Below, piece after piece: positions 60,374 through 64,000 of a stretch of DNA of 64,000 nucleotides. Position 1 is the first letter of the stretch, and every line of letters begins with the position of its first letter. The position numbers were made by a program, and so were the translations under genes. Origin of the DNA: Azolla caroliniana (taxonomy: Eukaryota > Plantae > Polypodiophyta); assembly GCA_043228905.1 (NCBI GenBank), contig JBHGNT010000003.1, positions 24,552,001-24,616,000 on the forward strand. The letters are read 5' to 3'. A model generated the notes under the pieces. That model was not told where the DNA came from and ran no database searches. It was given only the letters and a program-made list of their open reading frames with translations.

Positions 60374-61098
60374 TGTCGAGGTTATCCTCGCGGATGCGTA
60401 GAAGTCGGGCAGGACCACGGGGGTCTCGAACCAAAGAATCAGGAAAACGAGGAGGGAGGAGTTTGGGGCCGCGTAGGTCTTGAGACCACGGGAGAGCAGG
60501 TAAGTCTAGCTAACGAGAGAGAGCAAGAGAGTCACACGTAGACACAGACACGGACAAAGACACTGAGAACGAAGTATGTTAGGTAGAAAGAGTTCTCTTC
60601 AAACACAGGCGCACGGTGTTGTGGGTGGTTACAGCCGGATTAGAGCCGGTGATGGAGCGCGGAGCTCGGCAAATGGCCAGGTACAAAGAGACGTCGGTGC
60701 GCAAAAGGTTGATCCCCAGGTCGGGAGCACTCGGGCGTCTGACGCGAGCAAGGGGAAGCCCCTTCTTCCGCGGTCCGTCCTCGGTCTTTCTCTGTGTACC
60801 CTCCTCTCTAGATGGCATCCCGAAGACAGTCAAAGGTCGCCCCTTTTATAGCACAAGGAGCGACCGTTACAAGCATTCATGACCCGTCACCCTTTGTCCT
60901 TGATTCTCTCCCTTGATTTACTCTCCTCGTAACTCTCCCTACTTATGCAATTGTCTATGCTCTAACTACCTAGTACCCCTCCTTATACTCATGCCTAGTA
61001 CTTGCCCTATTTAATTCCCTCGAGGCGTGCACTCGCGTAAACCGGTGTTCCTACGCGTTTCATCTTGTTTCTACCTATGGCCCGGAATCTTCACGACA
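60374..61098 (-). mobile_element. Solo LTR of a third member of the Gypsy-A/B group (Gypsy-C)
   Basis: 725 bp, TGTCGAGG...TCTTCACGACA; 4-bp TSD ACAT; shares the GGACCACGGGGGTCT and CCTTTTATAGC blocks with the Gypsy-A/B LTRs. Confidence 0.9.
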
Positions 61099-61444
61099 AC
61101 ATGATGCATATCCCATGGGCCTCAATTGGTGAGAGAATTCTCTCTACTTGTCATATGTGATTCATTACATAATAATTAATTTATTCTTGTCAATGATAAC
61201 CACATAACGTATGTATCGTATATACGTATCTAGTTTCTTATGCTTTAAACTAATAAGTTGTATCAAAATTTCAACGTTTATTATCAATAAGCTCCTTAAG
61301 GCTTAGCATAAAAAAAACATAAATTTTTATATCAATATTGCTCAAGTTGTATATCTATATGATCAATTTCGTAAGCAATGTTGTAGCTTCCATTCGGATG
61401 GGATCACATCATATTTGAGCGTTAGCATTGACAATCAGGAGTTT

Positions 61445-61860
61445 CTTTTTCCCAAAAAAGATACTACATTAGTATTAAGAAAACGCCCTAAGGCTATACA
61501 TACAAGATGCACCTTTCAATAAAGTTTTTTTCACAAAAAAGATATTGCATTAGTATTAAGAAAATGCCCTAAGTCTATACATACAAGATGTACCTTTCAC
61601 TAATGAGCCTTGTTTTTTAAAGTCTACCGTCAGCTTAAATAAATGCCACGATGCAGAGTAGAACCACTCCACCTTATAAATATCCGTTTATAAAATATGC
61701 CTATGTCCCAGATGGCATGAAACTCCAATCGCTCGAGCTTTGCTTGTTGCGTATTACCTTTTTAAACCAAACATATTTTATTATCACTTTCAAAAGTCAA
61801 ATAATACATATGGGGCCAAAATGACCAAACCCCACAAGTAGGTCAAGGGCAATGGATTGT
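61445..61860 (-). mobile_element. L1 3'-end fragment, same family as 22790-24580
   Basis: Reverse complement TTCATGCCATCTGGGACATAGGCATATTTTATA..ATAAGGTGGAGT matches the sequence flanking the MITE at 23880/24390. The 3' UTR block GATA.T.CATTAGTATTAAGAAAA is tandemly duplicated. Confidence 0.7.
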
Positions 61861-64000
61861 GGATCCATCATGTGCGGGTTGTGTGGAGTTGGTAAGAGAC
61901 TATTGATGCTCCAAAATTATTGAGACAAATGTATTCATGTCTTTCATGACAAGGGTGTGATCTTTGTACGGAACCACCTGCCATTCTTATAGCTTTACAA
62001 TAGAAGTGACTATTTTAGGACTACCCCACTTCTACAAAAATTCGAGGTTGATGATGCTTAATTCCCAATCCTGTGTCTATTATCACAAGCACATGAATTG
62101 TGCCATTCACTATTACTAGGAAAGTGAAGCGAATGCGACTGCTGTCAATTTGATGTCCTTGATTGGGTCCATTGTTTGCAATGCAATTACTATGAGGTTC
62201 CAAACAATAGTTTTTCTTCTCCATGCAAGATTTTGAATGATCATAGAAAATAGTATATATGCATCTATCTATCATGGCCACATACAAAAGCAAATATGGT
62301 ATAAACCAACCTTTACATCGAAGTTCTATCATGTAATGATGTGTCTTCTAGGTTTTCAACGAGTCACCATTTGTCGCATATTACCGTATGCTCATGTTGG
62401 GAAATTTTGATGAGGTTAATTGATTGTGCCCAATGAAAAAGGCAACGCCTCTCCATTGCCATCATCGTTTGGGAATTGTTAATCGATTAGAATATCACAT
62501 TTCAATTTGCTTGTACTTCATCAACCATGAAGTTGTGAATTTTTGTTTGACAAACAAAAATTACTTTATTGATGGTTGCGTAAGAAAGTGGCAACTACAA
62601 TTGCTCATAATGTTTCCTATGGAGTACAATTGTAAGCATGTTCATGTATTATTTATTCGTTCGATGGGACATAAATGTATGCATACACACTTATATTTGA
62701 TGAAATTACAACGTTATACGCAATGAGCATACACATGCAATGAATGTATAAATACATACTTATATAATTATGAACGTAACTATATGTACTAGGATCATAC
62801 AAACAATTATTTGATGTGTGTGATTGAATTGGACCCATGACCTAATTGTATGTGCTCTTATATGTTATGTTTAAACTATTCTATCTTATTCTAACTCGAA
62901 AGCCATTGAACCAATCGTTTGAGAGACATACCAAAATGTGTTTTTTAATATAAAAAATATACTACAAATAAAGTTCGCAAGTTGTCACATGCACTTTGCC
63001 TAATTGAGAGCTAAAGGGATACATACATCAAAATTTTAAACGACGACGGTTTGTTTTGAAACTAGAGATGTACAAGCTAGCACATTTGATTGAAGATATG
63101 TTACGTTGACTTCAAAAAAATTGCTTTCACAAAATAACATTTGTATTGTGACACCAAAACTTGTTGAGCAATAAAACACACTAACATTTCGATGAAGTAA
63201 ATGAATGATCAATGGTGTTAATCTATATGAGCTAAAGAGGAGCACGGTAGATATATAATATGGTCAAAAGTTGGTCTTGATTACGACTAGGGCAATGGCC
63301 AAACGATTCTCATATAATATGTTGGTAGAGACATAATGGAAATCAAATAAAGAGTAAATACTTGGATGAATCAGGATTAATATACACATGTGGTGACAAG
63401 AATGACCAATGAGAGGAAGGAACTTATATTAAGTAATTAATTAATGGTTAGCATAAAAACTAATTAGGTCGAAACATTTGTGAATGGTTATTATCCTCAA
63501 ACGTTAAAATCAATATCATGTGGTCTCAGGCTCAAACTCTCCATAAACAACATATAGGATTTCATCATACTAAGAAGAAGAGAAAAGTCATGTCATTACA
63601 TGTGGGTCTCAATCCATGTGGGTCTCAATCTTGCGTTTATGGCCATCCGGAATATTCAAGCTTGTAACCATAACATGTGATTTTATTACTTGCTAGCATA
63701 GCATGTGATTACATTGGAAGAACAATAAACATGTGGTCTCAAACAAGATATGGTCACCCTTGGCCATGTGAAGGAGCCAAATGATGGAAACCGATAAACA
63801 TATTATTGTTGTCCTAACTAAGTGTGTGTGCACCATTGAAAGGGGGTGATGTGTGAAATATTCCAATATCGAGTATATGGAGGCGAGTTTTGTAAACCAA
63901 TGCTTGAAACATTGTGTGATTGTGGAAGGTTAAACATTCTATGGTTCAAAGGCCCACATTGGTATAATAACACCAAAAATGAACAGTTGATTCCGTAGAG

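Noticed and set aside
61900-63000. Possible MULE/SWIM remnant (NYNCS..CKHVHVL)
   Set aside because: Too degenerate to support; no termini or continuous frame
1-64000. Hammerhead ribozyme / retrozyme
   Set aside because: The CTGATGA cores noticed (e.g. 6351, 18865, and 32881 on the minus strand) lie in coding sequence without evident hammerhead stems. This was a visual check only; an Infernal scan would be decisive

Overview
AT-rich, repeat-dominated nuclear DNA from a land plant. The type-1 nsLTP intron position and the non-angiosperm-like TE lineages suggest a fern or another seed-free vascular plant (inference). There are two intact host genes, both on the minus strand. One is an ER protein disulfide isomerase (10 coding exons, two WCGHC sites, C-terminal KDEL, perfect ERSE upstream) whose CGHC micro-exon is tandemly duplicated. 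The other is a type-1 lipid-transfer protein. A decayed, intronless histone H3/CENH3-like sequence that the ORF track misses lies at ~3.6-4.0 kb. The rest is transposons: a full-length degenerate Copia, a 25-kb multi-level nest (Copia > Copia > DNA transposon > Gypsy), L1 fragments, an RTEX-like LINE in a (CT)n tract, and hAT/Mutator-like MITEs. The most striking system is a GC-rich non-chromovirus Gypsy group present in three forms with different LTR interiors: a very young intact autonomous element, a pol-less partner encoding a Gag-derived acidic repeat protein, and a solo LTR. All three have 4-bp TSDs and a conserved 15-nt U5 motif. The two with internal regions have an 18-nt tRNA-Trp PBS. 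The autonomous copy has a G_GAU_UUU + pseudoknot -1 frameshift signal placed after the protease.
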